A stretch of 64,000 bases of DNA. Source: Protoeuglena noctilucae (Eukaryota). Positions 12,033 through 23,983 of the stretch are shown one piece after another. The stretch covers positions 620,001-684,000 of the forward strand of contig OY253678.1 of the NCBI GenBank assembly GCA_958009085.1, given 5' to 3'. Every line of letters starts with the position of its first letter. The first letter of the stretch is position 1. The notes beneath the pieces are model-generated. The model was not told the origin of the DNA. It saw nothing but the letters and a program-made list of their open reading frames with translations, and did not search any database. A program made the translations under genes and the position numbers.

Positions 12033-12479
12033 TCAAGGGCTATCTAGCCTTTTGCTCAAAATGGCGACAAGAGCGGCCGGCTCCGGCCAGCTGCCCTGGC
12101 TCACGGGGCGGTAGAGGACTTCCCCGGCGGGGTTCGCCACGTCGAACTGCCCCTGCGCTCCCTCCACTGCGACCACACCAGAGCGTTGCATGTCAAGAAC
12201 GGCGAAGGGGTAGTCCCCCCTGCCTCGCGTGCACAAAGGTCGGGAAGCCTGCGCACGCGCAAGGAGGACCCGGCACGCACCTCCCTCGACGATCAGCTGC
12301 GGATACTCGGCCTCAATCGCGTCGGCGCACTCGATGAAGCGGTCGACCTGCTGCGGGTCATAGGTGATGACGAGGCCGGGGCCCTTGATCGCGGACTCGA
12401 CGCCGGGGCAGTCGCAGTGGGTCTGACGAAGCTGAGCAGGGGGCTGCGTGGCTGCCCGGGTCACCGCGCCGCCCAACAT
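12033..12479 (-). CDS. Rdx (SelW/MIEN1-like) thioredoxin-fold protein lacking CxxC/U, 2 coding exons
   Basis: LVITY...RFIECADAIEAEYPQLIVEG|VEGAQGQFDV...GEVLY...GSWPEP resembles the Rdx pattern (G.FEV, G.FP). Confidence 0.5.
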   Translation of the reverse strand: MLGGAVTRAATQPPAQLRQTHCDCPGVESAIKGPGLVITYDPQQVDRFIECADAIEAEYPQLIVEGGACRVLLARAQASRPLCTRGRGDYPFAVLDMQRSGVVAVEGAQGQFDVANPAGEVLYRPVSQGSWPEPAALVAILSKRLDSP

Positions 12480-13085
12480 GGGGGTCGGGAAGAGTCGCAA
12501 GCTCGCGGGACCCCGCGTCCACAGCGACCGCGCCGCCTGAGGGTGGCGAAAGATGCGGACTGTATTTTAACGACCATCCATCGTGTACCTGCTTGGTTTC
12601 GACCCGTTCCACGCGTGGCAGAGAGCGCGACGGGACACAACTTGGGAGAAGCCCAGACAAGGGCGTACGAGCGGCGAGCGACGCCCAAGACAAAGCGAGA
12701 GCGGCGCGTCATAACCTCCGAGACCGGAGCTGCGGCAGCACTACGTCACGCACCCAGGAGGGGGACGGGGCCGCGTTCCTACCACTCCCCGCGACACCAC
12801 ATGAGCTTGCTGGCCCTCCCGCGGCCCGCCACAGCGCCGGCAGACCAGCAAGGTCCCGCGCCCTCCTCCGCAGCAACGCCGACGCCATAGTGTGCACACT
12901 ACGTCGCGTTCCACACCCCGAACGGCCAGAACCTAACTATCTGCTCTTTAGAGCTTCTAGGTGCGAGGCTGTCCCGAGATCCTTGGGAATCCTTTCATAA
13001 GACAGGGTGGTAAGCATGAGGTCGCGAGGGGACAAGGCTCTCTGAATCACGGAGTCACGTGGCACTTCTGGCACCGACAAACGCG

Positions 13086-14312
13086 TCATCGCCCAAAGAG
13101 GACGGGGTGGGGCGGGTGGCTGTACTCATTGACGCAGAGCTCCTTCTTCATGTCCTCCAGCGTCACTTCGCCCTCCTTCCTGGCGCGACTGATGGCCGGC
13201 CGGACCTGCAGGAGTGGCGCACGCGGTGTGGGGTCCCGGACCTGTCGTCACAAGGTGGAGTCCCTGTGATGCCCGCACGCCGCATGCGCCTGGCCCTCAC
13301 CATGGTCGGGCGCGGGTGGAGGATGGTCTGCTCTTGCTTCTCGGCGCAGTAGTCCGCGATGATGTGGACGTTGCCGTCGGGGGCCGGGAGGAAGGTGAGG
13401 TGACGGACGCGGCGGCCCTCTGTACGCTGGAGCGCCATCAATGCCTGGAGCACCGTCGTGCTCGACACGAAGTTCGCGTCCGTAATGGTGGTCCCCGTGG
13501 TGCGCTGGGGCGGAGGGGCAAGAAGAGGGCTTGCCAGACGCACGCTCCTTGGCGGCAATGTGGCCTCTCGACACGCGCGTGGCTCACCATCGTGATGAAG
13601 CGGCAGGTCTCGACGTCGATGCCACCCGTCAGCCTGTGATCATGCAGCAGGTCGATGACGTTCGCCTGCGGGTGGGTAACGCGGCACTGCGTGAGGCGAG
13701 AAGCGAGGTTTACACCTGAGCAGCTGACATGCGCGTGAGGCAGCCCCACCAGGGTCGCGTAGGAAGGCACGTACTCCGTGATCCTCCGCGTGTGGTTGAT
13801 CCTTGCTGCCTGCAAAGCGCAAGTTTCCACGCGCATGTGGGTGATGCCGGAGGGCAGCGCATTCGCATGCCAGCAGCGCGCCGAGGCTCACCAGGAAGAT
13901 GGGCATCTTCTCAGGCACGGAGGCCTGCATATATATCAACGGCTCCCCCGCCAGGTTGTACTCATGGAGGCTGCGGGCGGGCGGACGCAGGGCTGTCGCT
14001 GCGCTCTCTGAACAAGGGGGCACGCAGGCGGACTAGATGCCAACGAACCTGTAGTTGGCGAGCGGGTATCCGTCCAGCAGCTCCTGCCCGGAGTATACGA
14101 GAACGATGTTCTCGGCACCGACGCCCTCCAGGTCCTCCAGCCTGCGCTGGCGGGGTCCCGGGGAGGGATGCGCTGCCGCACGTCGTGAATGGGTGCCGCC
14201 AGGCAGCACTCTGCAGCGTTCCGCACCGTTCTCGCAGCAGAGCGACATCCGTCCCCGATGACAGTTCCAGCGTATGATACTGCCCGCTGATGCCCCGCAC
14301 GGTGACCTTCAT
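13086..14312 (-). CDS. Protein with an N-terminal ubiquitin-like domain and unknown C-terminal region, 7 exons
   Basis: MKVTVRGISGQYHTLEL...VLVYSGQELLDGYPLANYSL is Ubl-like; six consecutive frame-consistent GT-AG introns; stop TGA. Confidence 0.7.
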
Positions 14313-14822
14313 TTCGACCCTGCGATAGCCCACCCGCGGCGCGGCACGGAGCCCCGGGCTCGGCCGGGCGCGGGAAAGCTGCTCGACGCGTACTTCGACT
14401 TCCTTAACGCCGCACGCTTTCCCTGGATTTCATGAACGCGAAGGCGCGCGCAGGCGGTCTACAGAGAAATGGCATGCATGTGAGCCGCTCTTCGAGACAG
14501 CGGAGTTCACATCCAGCCCAAGTTGTACGCGACAACCTCCTGTCATGCAGCGGTGAACTTGCTGGCCATTGAAGACGACGGGCAGGCTCACTAAAAAAAT
14601 CCAGCGCAGGGTCTGGCAGTGTCAACCGGCCTTGCTGGTCCCGTAAACACGTGCCGTTTGCGAGAAATCGTTCTTAGACATTCCATCTTCTCAACTGTGC
14701 CTCGGCGGCCCCCGGCATCGCGCACTTCACTGAAGCGGTCCCTCCTCGCGCCCGACCCGCAGTCCCCGGACCTCTGCAGCCTCTCCCGGCACCAATCCTG
14801 GCGTATCACCGACGTGGGCAAA

Positions 14823-17292
14823 AGTGAGCGCCGGCATCGCGCGTCAGGCGGGCCGACGAGGGCTTGAACGCCGTGGATCGCTCGCCGCGTCGCTCCACGC
14901 CTTTGCGCCAGGGGCGATGCACTGCAGTTGACGTCAATGTGGTGTGGGTGCCGGGTGCGCCCGGCGCGGCCCTGAGTTGTGGGACGGAGTCTGAGCAGCT
15001 GCGTTTGACTGGGCGGCACGTGTTTGGCTCCCGTGCCGGGAGGGCCGCGTCTCCGAGCGCGCTGAGCTCGCTGGCGCGGGAGCATAGATGGAGGACGCGA
15101 GACGCTGCTTCCGCGGGCGGCCCGGCACCTCGGCAGCAGTGGGGCGTGCAGCCCACCCCCCGCGCCCCTGTCTGCCTCGCAGTGGGGCGCAAGAAGATCA
15201 AGATTGAGCGTATAGCGGACGAGAGGAGCAGGCAGGTCACGTTCATGAAGCGCAAGGTGACCCCGGCGAGCCAACCGCGCCGCACAGGCAGGCACCTAGC
15301 GCGTGCACTGCGGGGGTGGGCAGGGGTCCCACTTGCTGCCCTCCCCGGGGGGACGCCGCGTACTGGGCCTCCCCATCCCGTGCGGCACTGCCAGGCTCCG
15401 CCCCTCGCGCGCAGAACGGCCTCATGAAGAAGGCCATGGAGCTGTCCGTCCTGTGTGACTGCGAGATCGCCCTAATCGTGTTCAACCCCCAGGGGAAGCT
15501 CTACCTGTACTGCTCGTCAGGTGCGTGGGTGCATGGGTGCATGGGCTTGTCTGGCCGCGAGCGCTCCATGGGGCGCCCTGCGTCTCCAACGCGGCACCGT
15601 CGACGTGACGCGCGCAGAGATGGACTCCATCCTCACGCGGTTCGCGACGGCGTGCAAGGAGCCGCACGAGGTGCGGTCGAACCAGGACCTGCTCGCGCAG
15701 TACTTTGGGCAGCAGCTCGCCGAGGCCAACGCGCGCAGCGCCAACGCCCGCAACGCCGGGGGCCCCGAGGCTGCAAAGGGCGGTACCCCACCCACCGCCG
15801 CCGGGCCCAACGCGGCCGCCGCCGGCAACGCCGCCAACGCCAACGACGACGATGACGACGGTGAGCGCACGTAGCACGTCACGGGGGGTCCAAGCTGCCT
15901 CGCCAACACTTGGCAGGCATGCGGAGGGCCGTCTCGCTCTTTGCGCCCCGCAGACGATGACGACGACGAGCTGCCCGACGTCCCCCAGCCGGTCCTTCCC
16001 GGCCATGACCCGCAAGTGCTTGCGGACATGGCAGAGGCGGCTCAGGAGATCTTCGGGCCGCTGGGGCTAGACGTGCATCCGAACAAGCACAGGTGCGATG
16101 AGGATGCTGGCCTGGAGCCCTCTGGAAGCACCGCTGGTTACCCTTACGCCGCTAAGTCCGCGGCCTGCTTGGATGCGCCCGGGAGCCTCGGCTGGGCTCC
16201 AAGACCGCACGCCCTCTGCCCCGCAGCGGGTCGCCCAAGACGGAGCGGGCGGTGCATTTCCTGGTCCAGGAGTTCCAGGCGATGGACGAGTGGGCCAAGC
16301 TGCAGCCGCCTCCGCCCCAGATCCCCTCGGCGCAGACGGCGACGCTGTCGGCCCAGTCGGGGGGCGTGGGAGGCGTGGCCGGGGGAGGCCTCAAGGAGCG
16401 GAAGGGCCTCCAGGGAGGGCTGTCCATCGCCATCCCGCAGAACAAGGGGACCACCATCCAGCCCATTACCGCGCTGCCGTCCGTCACGGGCTCGGGTGAG
16501 TCGTTAGCTGACCTGTGTGTGGGCTTGCAGGCGCGGCGCCGGCTGCTCGGCGCGCGAGGGGTGCGCCGACGTGCTTGCAGCGGGTGGCATCTCCCTCTTC
16601 ACGCCGACGAACCCGCCGTCCGTGCCCGGCCTGCTGTCGGTGCGGGGGATGCCCCCGGGCGGGGCGGGTGGTGCGCACCAGGCGGGGACCCGCGGCGGGG
16701 GCGGCGCGGGACCCAGCGGTGCGGGGGAGCGAGGAGCGGGCGAGGCGGGGGCAGCCGGGCAGCACAGCGCCCCGCCGTCCGCCAGCGCCGTGGCCTCTGC
16801 GGGTGAGCGCCCTCACGCGTGCATGGCGCCTGGGCTCACGGCCCTGGCGCGGACTGCGCGTGGACTCGTCGCGCCTGCCCTCCCCGCAGCTGCCGGGCGC
16901 GGCGGCATCTTCGCGGCCGACGCGCATGTCCACCTGTCGGACCTGGCCACCCCGGGCATCGAGGGGCTGCTGCAGTCAGCCAAGGGTTTCGGCGCGATGG
17001 ACTTCCTCCACACGGGGACGCCCGCGGGCCCGGGTCTGATGGCAGCGTGGAACTCCCCGCCGCCGCCCAAGAAGGAGGTGACGAGCAGATCCGCCTGGGC
17101 GCCATGGCACACGTGAGAGGGGGTCCTGGAGTGCGCATGGCAAGTGGGAGCGGCCCCGCTCGCTGCCCGCAGGGTCAAGTGCCGACGGGGCCTGCGGGGC
17201 GCTCCAAGGCAGACGCCAAGACGCCCGGCCCGGCCGGTGATCCCGCGGCGCCACGGTCGGGGGAGCGGAAGCGGAAAGCCGACCACCGCTGA
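14823..17292 (+). CDS. MEF2-type MADS-box transcription factor without a K-box
   Basis: [72 protein letters not shown] formed across intron 14824-15182; C-terminal ERKRK; stop 17290-17292. Confidence 0.93.
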
Positions 17293-17960
17293 GGCAGCCG
17301 GCGCGCAGCGAGCGCAGCCCGTAGCCGCTTCTCTGCCGCTTGGCCCCAAAAGAACGGCGCTGGGGCCTCCCTGTGTGAAAAGGTCCTGACCCGACATGCG
17401 TCAGAAACAAAGCGGGGCAGACCGTCGACTGTGCGGGCCCCGCGGGCGGCAGACCAGTCCGTTATGCGCGACCCGCGCGATGTGCACCTTTGGATCCGGA
17501 AACCAGCGTCGCCACAAAGTTCAGGCGAGGAAATTATGGACCTGTGGACAATGGGCAGCACCGGCGCACACTCTCCCGACGAGATGCCGCGAGTAGGCGG
17601 AGGGCGCTCGCCGCGGGCGCCCTAGAGGCCCCGGCACCGCCCCTCCCGTCGTCACGCCCCGAGCCGCTGGAGTTTCTCGCTCCTGAGACCGCGCCCTCGT
17701 CCTGAATGCTCTTCAATGGCCGTCAATGACTGGCAGCATGCGCGGGATGCGTCGGGCGGGTTCCGGCGGGTTCCGCCGCAGCTCTCTTTTGCTCTTTTCC
17801 CGATGCTATCTCTTGGGGAGCTTGACGGCCCGATACTCGGCCGATACCTCGACCTCGGGGTCGCAGGGGCGACGGTCGTGTGTGGCGGACTGGCCGTGGC
17901 CAGGGAGGGTGCCCGTCCGGAAGCCCTTTTGCTCGCCGTGTCTGAAGGGCGCCATCCATC

Positions 17961-20900
17961 ATGGTCCCCAGCGGCTCGGGCCACCGTGAAGGCGGTGGCC
18001 CACCGCCATGGGGTCAAGCCGCTCCTCGCGACGGTCTGGTCCTCCCGCACCTTTTCTCCGGGACGCTCCGGGCGCCGGGGGAGCAGCCCTTGTTCCCCGC
18101 CCAAGCCTTCATCCCCCGCGGGCCCCCGCTCCCGCTGCTCGCCCCGCCAGCCATCCACAGTCTAGGCTTCAGTGCTCCCGGAGTGCCCTCGGGGGTTCCG
18201 GGACACCCCCTGCCGGCGTTCTCCCACCCCCTCCTGCCACCCCTGCCAGGCGAGACCTACGAGAGCCTCCACATCTGCCACCGTCGCCGCCGCAGCCACG
18301 CCGCTGCCGCTACCCCCGACGCTCCGACACTCACCCTTGCAGGCGCACGCGGGCCCCCCGCCCCCACGAGCAACCCCTTGCCCGACACGGACCTCACCCC
18401 GCACACGGGCCTGGTCAGCAATGACGACACCACCACGGGGCACCCCGTGTCCGCCGGGCACTCCTACGGCGGACAGGCCAAGCGCAAGGTAAGCGCTGGC
18501 TCTGTTTTGCGCTCATCTCACCGGCACCGTGTCTCCGGTACAGTCTTGACCGCCCCGACACGTCCCCTCGGTGTGCAGAAGTGGACGGAGGAGGAGCACG
18601 AGCGCTTCGTGGAGGCCATCAAGAAGTACGGCAGGAGCTGGAAGAAGATCGAGGAGTACGTGGGCACCAAGACGGCCATCCAGATCCGCTCGCACGCCCA
18701 GGTGAGCAGCGGGGCCGAGGCACGCGACCCCCACCGCGTCTCGTGCCGTGGCGCAGCCCGCGATCCCATGCCCCCGCTCGCCATTGACGCCTGCAGAAGT
18801 GGTTCCTCAAGGTTGAGAAGCAGCAGCGGGAGGGCAAGGAGACCAACTTCGTCATCCCGCCTCCTCGGCCCAAGAAGCGGTCCGCGCCCCGGGGGCTGGC
18901 CCAGGGCCGGCGCACCAAGTCGTCCAATCGCGGGGACAACAACCCGGGGGACGACACGTCGGCGATGACGGAGTCGGACGCCGGGCAGGAGGAGGACGAC
19001 GGCGACCTGGTGACGGCCCCGGCGCCCGTGCCGGCCCCGACGCCCTCTGCGCCCTCCGCGCCCTCCGTGGGCGCGTTGCTGGAGGCGACGGGCCTGCACC
19101 CGCTGGTGCTGGCCGCCGCGTCGGCCGCCGCCGCCGCCGCCGCCGCCGCCATTATCGCGACGTACAGCGCCAGCGTCAAGACCGAGACGCTGGAGCTCCG
19201 GGCGGCGCAGCTCGCGCAGGCGGCGGCGGCCGGGGCCCACGACCACCGGGGGCGAGAGGCCGCGCACGGCAAAGCCGACGGCAACGGCAACGGGAGCGGG
19301 GAGGGCAGCAGCTTCCTGGCCCCCCGCGCCGCGCCTGGGGACGCCAAGGGCGACCTCCCGAGCGCCGGGGAGCTCCCCACGTCCAGGGACGGCGACACCC
19401 GCGGCACCACCATCGGGACACAGGTGAGTCGTCGCGGCCAAGCGCGCCACGAGGCGGCGGGGTGCGGCCGTGCACCGGACTACACGGCCCGCCCCGCGCC
19501 GCCGCGCCCGCAGCCAATCAAGAACAGCTCCCCGTCCCGCGGCAACCCCCCGGTGGCGTCGGGGCGCACCTGGGAGCGGCCGGCGCCGGGATCCGAGGTC
19601 GGCGCGTCCGGCCCGCTGCCCAACAACAGCATCCTGGGCATGCTCTCCATCCTGCAGCCCGGCTCCACGCTCGCCGCACAGCTCGCTGCCCTGGGCTCCA
19701 TGGGCGTGCTCTCCGGCCGCCCCCAGCCCTTCAAGGGCATCGAGCACGCGGGCCTGGTCCCGCTCCTCGAGGGCTCGGCGCTCCTGGGCTCCAGTGCGGC
19801 CGTCGCGCCCGGCGCGCTCGGCGGGGACCGCCCCGACGCTGCCGGCGAGGCGAGTAACATTCTACTTGCATCCCGCGCATGAACACCTGTTGCGGGCGGT
19901 GCGCCTCGTCGCTTGCCTCGTCCCTGACCATGCCAGTGAGGTTACGCTCCCGCTCGCTCCTCGCAGGGTGCTCTTCGCGGTATCTACAACCTCCTGGCGC
20001 CTCTCCAGGCCCAGCTGGACCCCCAACAGCTCAGCAGCTTCGCCACCGCCGCCTTTGCCGCCCAGGCCGCCGCCACCGCCATGATCAGCCTCCCCGGGAC
20101 CTCGGGCGGCGCCCACCCGGACGCCTCCCAGGGCCACCACAACGCCAAGCATCACACCTCCAAGGTGCGCCTTTGTAGTCCCCCCGCCCACCCTCGTGCC
20201 CACGGTCACCGCACGCTGTGCCTGGGACACCGGAGCGCCCCGGCATCCCCGCATGTCGCGCCCCTCGAGATGCGCTGGCGCGTGCCGCACACGCAGGGCA
20301 ACCGCCTGCGTTCCAAGCGCCCCGGCGACGTCATGGACTCCACGCACCTCGACTCGGTCCAGTCCGACCTGGACATGGCAGGGGACACGTCGGGGGAGTC
20401 CAGGGACGGCGAGGGGTCGAACGAGCCGGACAACACGGACGGGCGCGGCGCGGACGGCGGCGGGGCCGGGCAGGCTGCCGCGCAGCGCTCCCGGAGACGG
20501 GCGGCCCACGGGGGGTCGGGGGAGGCGGAGAAGGATCCCGGGTCAAACGGGAACGGTTCCGACGAGGGGCTGCTGGCCGCGTCGAGGAACAAGCCGCTGA
20601 ACGGCAACGGCAACGGCAACGGGTCGTCGAACGGCGGCAACGGCAACGGCACGGGTCACATGTCCTCCAACAACAATGGCACGTCGACCGCCCATGGGCT
20701 GCCCCAGGGGAGCGCGGGGCGCGCCGCCCCATCACCCTCGCCCGGCCCCGCCGCCCGCGGCCAGGCCAGCGCCGTCAACGCCAAGCCTCCGTCCGCCGCC
20801 GACGCCACGGCCGGCACCGGCAGCGGATCCGACACCGCCCGCAAGTGAGGGCCAACGCGGGAGGCACTGCCAGCGCGAGAGCCCCGCCAGCCTTGTCCCT

Positions 20901-21088
20901 TATGCCCACCTCGAACCGCGTCTTGCCCTTGGCCCCTTTGCCGCAGTGCCAAGCACGCCACCAAGCAAGAGGCTGGGGGCGACGGGTCCGGGTCGAACGG
21001 CAACGACGCATCCACTGCGTTCCGCGATAACGCCTGGCAGTGCACGCCCGAAGGCCCAGCTCCCCCGGACCACCCGCAAACCCAGTGA
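17961..21088 (+). CDS. Single-MYB SHAQKY-class (CCA1/LHY/RVE-like) transcription factor
   Basis: [49 protein letters not shown]...IPPPRPKK; later [12 protein letters not shown]; Gly/Asn/Ser-rich tail; start and stop are manual predictions. Confidence 0.9.
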
Positions 21089-21100
21089 TTGTGCGACCCC

Positions 21101-21142
21101 TCCCGAGCTGCGACCCATCCATCCCGAGCTGCGACCCATCCA
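21101..21142. repeat. 21-bp perfect tandem duplication, probably in the MYB 3' UTR
   Basis: tcccgagctgcgacccatcca occurs twice back to back. Confidence 0.85.
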
Positions 21143-22029
21143 CCCAGGATTACCACCAATGTCCCGTCGTTTGGGCCTTCCCACGCAAGCCCGCCGAGCG
21201 CGCCCATACCTACCGCGCGGCCGGCGGAGCCACGACCTGCTGCGCGCGCTGCGCCATTCCTGCTAGCGCCCCCACCCTGGCCTCGGGTGGTTCCCAGGCG
21301 CCCGCTTGCACGCGCCACGCGGCGTTCTCGCACCATCCGCTGCTTTCGGCTGCTTTTCTGCCATTCACCGATACCCATGGGTACCGTGCGCGGCCTAGCC
21401 CGCAGCCGTGCCATTACCATCCTTCCCACAGGCGGGCGCCTGCACGCCCCGCCTGCGATTGTGGTTTCTTCGGTTTAGTCGTCGCCCCGGCGGCTGGCAG
21501 TCCCAGGGCGAGAGCGCTGGCTCGTTCGGCTGCTCCCCCGCACCGGGGCATGGCCCCTTTTGGGACTCGCGCTGCGCATTGGCGCACTCGGGCGACGCCT
21601 CGCCATTGTGAGCCGCCCTTTCCTCCGTCGCGTGCGGCGCGCCTTTGGTTCCGAGCGCACTCGCGCATCGCGTAGCACTGCCCGTAGCACAGCCCGACGT
21701 CTCGTTCACATACGTTTCCGTTTCCTAGACATCCCGTGCGGCTGGGTGCCCTCGCCGTGCCGTCCAGTGCCAGGCACGTCGCAGCCGGGCCCAGCAGTCC
21801 CGCGCTGCGCCCCTTTCAGCCGGATTGAATATCCCTCGCGCTTGTCCGAATCATTGTGACTGCACACTGGGCCTGGCATGCCAATCCGGCATCAGGCTTG
21901 CATCAAGCTTACTCGGATCGGACTAACGCTTTGGGGATCGCTAGATACAGTTGGTGATCAGGCGTGCGAAGAGGCATTTCGCGCAGCAAGGAGGAAGCGC
22001 AATCGCCTGGCAAGGTGGCGTGTGGGACG

Positions 22030-23788
22030 ATGGGGCCGCTGGCGCGCCCTTGGGCGCTGCCAGCCCGCGATGGCGCTCGCGCATGTGACATTTCAGTCAG
22101 AAGGATAGGAGGACGGCGAGCTGCTGTCGGTTTCAGTCCGGCGGGGCGCGCGCGAGGTTGGCGTTCGGTCCGTGCGCTGGGAGTGGGCAAGGAACCCGAT
22201 CACGAGCCGACGACGACGGGCCGGGATGCAGCACGGGATGCAGATGTGCCCTCGACGAGCGTCGGGGGGGGCGGGGCCCGGGTCGCGATGACGCCCGACA
22301 AGGCTGCGGCGCTGCGCCTTCGGGTAGGAACGCCAATGCCGTGCGATGGGGCGCAGCGCTGGCGCATCGGGCCATGCCAGTCGCACAAAGGGACTTCTCT
22401 CGTGATGCCCTCAGTCCCTGGTGGCCAACATCGGTGACGGGGAGACGGAGCTCGTGAACCAGGAGCTTCGGGAGCTGGATCCGTCCATCAAAGTCCTCCT
22501 TTGGTGAGCGCGTAGGCATGCCGTGACATCTGCTAGTCCTGCCAGACAAATCGTGTTCGCCTTCCGATCGCTTGCGCTCCCGGGGACCTGCGACACCGCT
22601 GCCTTTCCGCGCCCCTGCAGCATCGTGGCTGGGTCGCTCGTGCTAAGCGGGGCGTCCGTCATCTGCTATCTCGTGGGCGCCTCGCCGCTAGGAGGGGCGA
22701 CGCTCTCGCTGGACAGCCTCGCCGCGGCCGTCACGGGCATCGTGGCGGGGGCGCCCTTTGCTGGGGTACGCAGTGTCATGTGGGGCAAGGAAGTCCGCAC
22801 CAAGGCGAGCGCGCTGCTGGCCTCGCGTCCCTGCCTGTGCCTCCGCACCGCCCATCGCTTGCCGCGCAATGCCTGAGGCAATGACCTACCACCTTCGGGC
22901 CTCTCAGAACTGCCTGCCCCTCCCGCCCCTCGCAGCTTCCAGCCGTCGACTTCCTGCTCATGCAGGAGTTCGATTACTTCGAGCCCATCCTCACCGGCAT
23001 GTCGTCCTGGCAGGTGGCTGTGGTCCTCATGGCAGAGGTGCTGCCTCCGCTCGTGATGGTCCTTCCGACGGCGCAGGCGGGGCTTTCAGAGACCTACGCG
23101 GCCTACGCCTCGGACATCTTCAACGGGGTCCTCGGGCTCAACGTGGACGTCCCGGCCGTGTCCGAGACGCTCGCTTTGCTCACCACAGCAGCCCTGGCCG
23201 CCATCGGCCAGCTGCTGAATGTGAAGGCGAGGGCCGCTGTCACCCGCGCCGCGCAAGCAGCGCAAGTGGCGCAGACTCTTAGCTGGACGAGCAAGGCGCA
23301 CAGCCAAGGATGCTGTCTCTCGTGCCGCAGGTGTCCCGTCGGGAAGTGGACGCGATTCAAGAAGCCATGGTGAATGCGGACCGGTACTACCGGCTGATGG
23401 CGACGGGCCCAGGCTTGGGTCCCACGCAGTGGAGGGACATGAGCCAGGCATTCAAAAACGTGGCGAGGAAGTACTTGGTGAGAGCTGGCAAGGGGTGGGC
23501 TGACCAAGGCATCTGCATGGGTCTCGTCGTGTTGAGCTGAGTTGCAGCGAAGTTCAGGCGTCGTGCCCCCGCGCACGTAATGCCTCGCTCCCCGACCCCG
23601 CGGCGCAGGAAGCCATGGAGAGCGCGGCACAGCTGTCTGGCATGCTGACGGCGGGGGAGGTCATTTACCTGGGTCTGCTCTGGCAGGCCACAGGGGACCT
23701 CTGGGCTCCCTTTGCGGCGTCGATGATGGTCCTGGGAGTGGACATTGCCCAGATGCGCAGGATCATTGCCAAGGACACCTCGCTGTAG
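22030..23788 (+). CDS. Plastid membrane protein related to SCO4/CPBP (CAAX protease II/Abi) family, apparently lacking catalytic motifs
   Basis: Transit-like N-terminus; GMSSWQVAVV...AQAGLSE and IYLGLLWQATGDLWAP resemble recalled SCO4 segments; multiple hydrophobic helices. Confidence 0.6.
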
Positions 23789-23983
23789 CGAACCCCAGCA
23801 CGCGGCCCTTTCCTCAGCTTTCGTTCCCATGGCTCGGCGTCCGCCAACGATGCCCCCTCCCCGTTGTGAGCTACGACAGCGCATGATGATTCAAAAGCAA
23901 TCCATTAGGAACTGGCAGTCAAATGTGCCGTCCCGGCCGGCCCCTTACGACGTGGCCATAACTCCACCCATGCAAGCCCCCAC

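Noticed and set aside
12033..12479. Selenoprotein with UGA recoding
   Set aside because: No in-frame TGA at the redox-motif position and no SECIS identifiable by eye.
17536..17625. uORF or extra first exon upstream of the MYB gene (MDLWTMGSTG...)
   Set aside because: The TSS is unknown and no frame-consistent splice to the MYB ORF could be supported.
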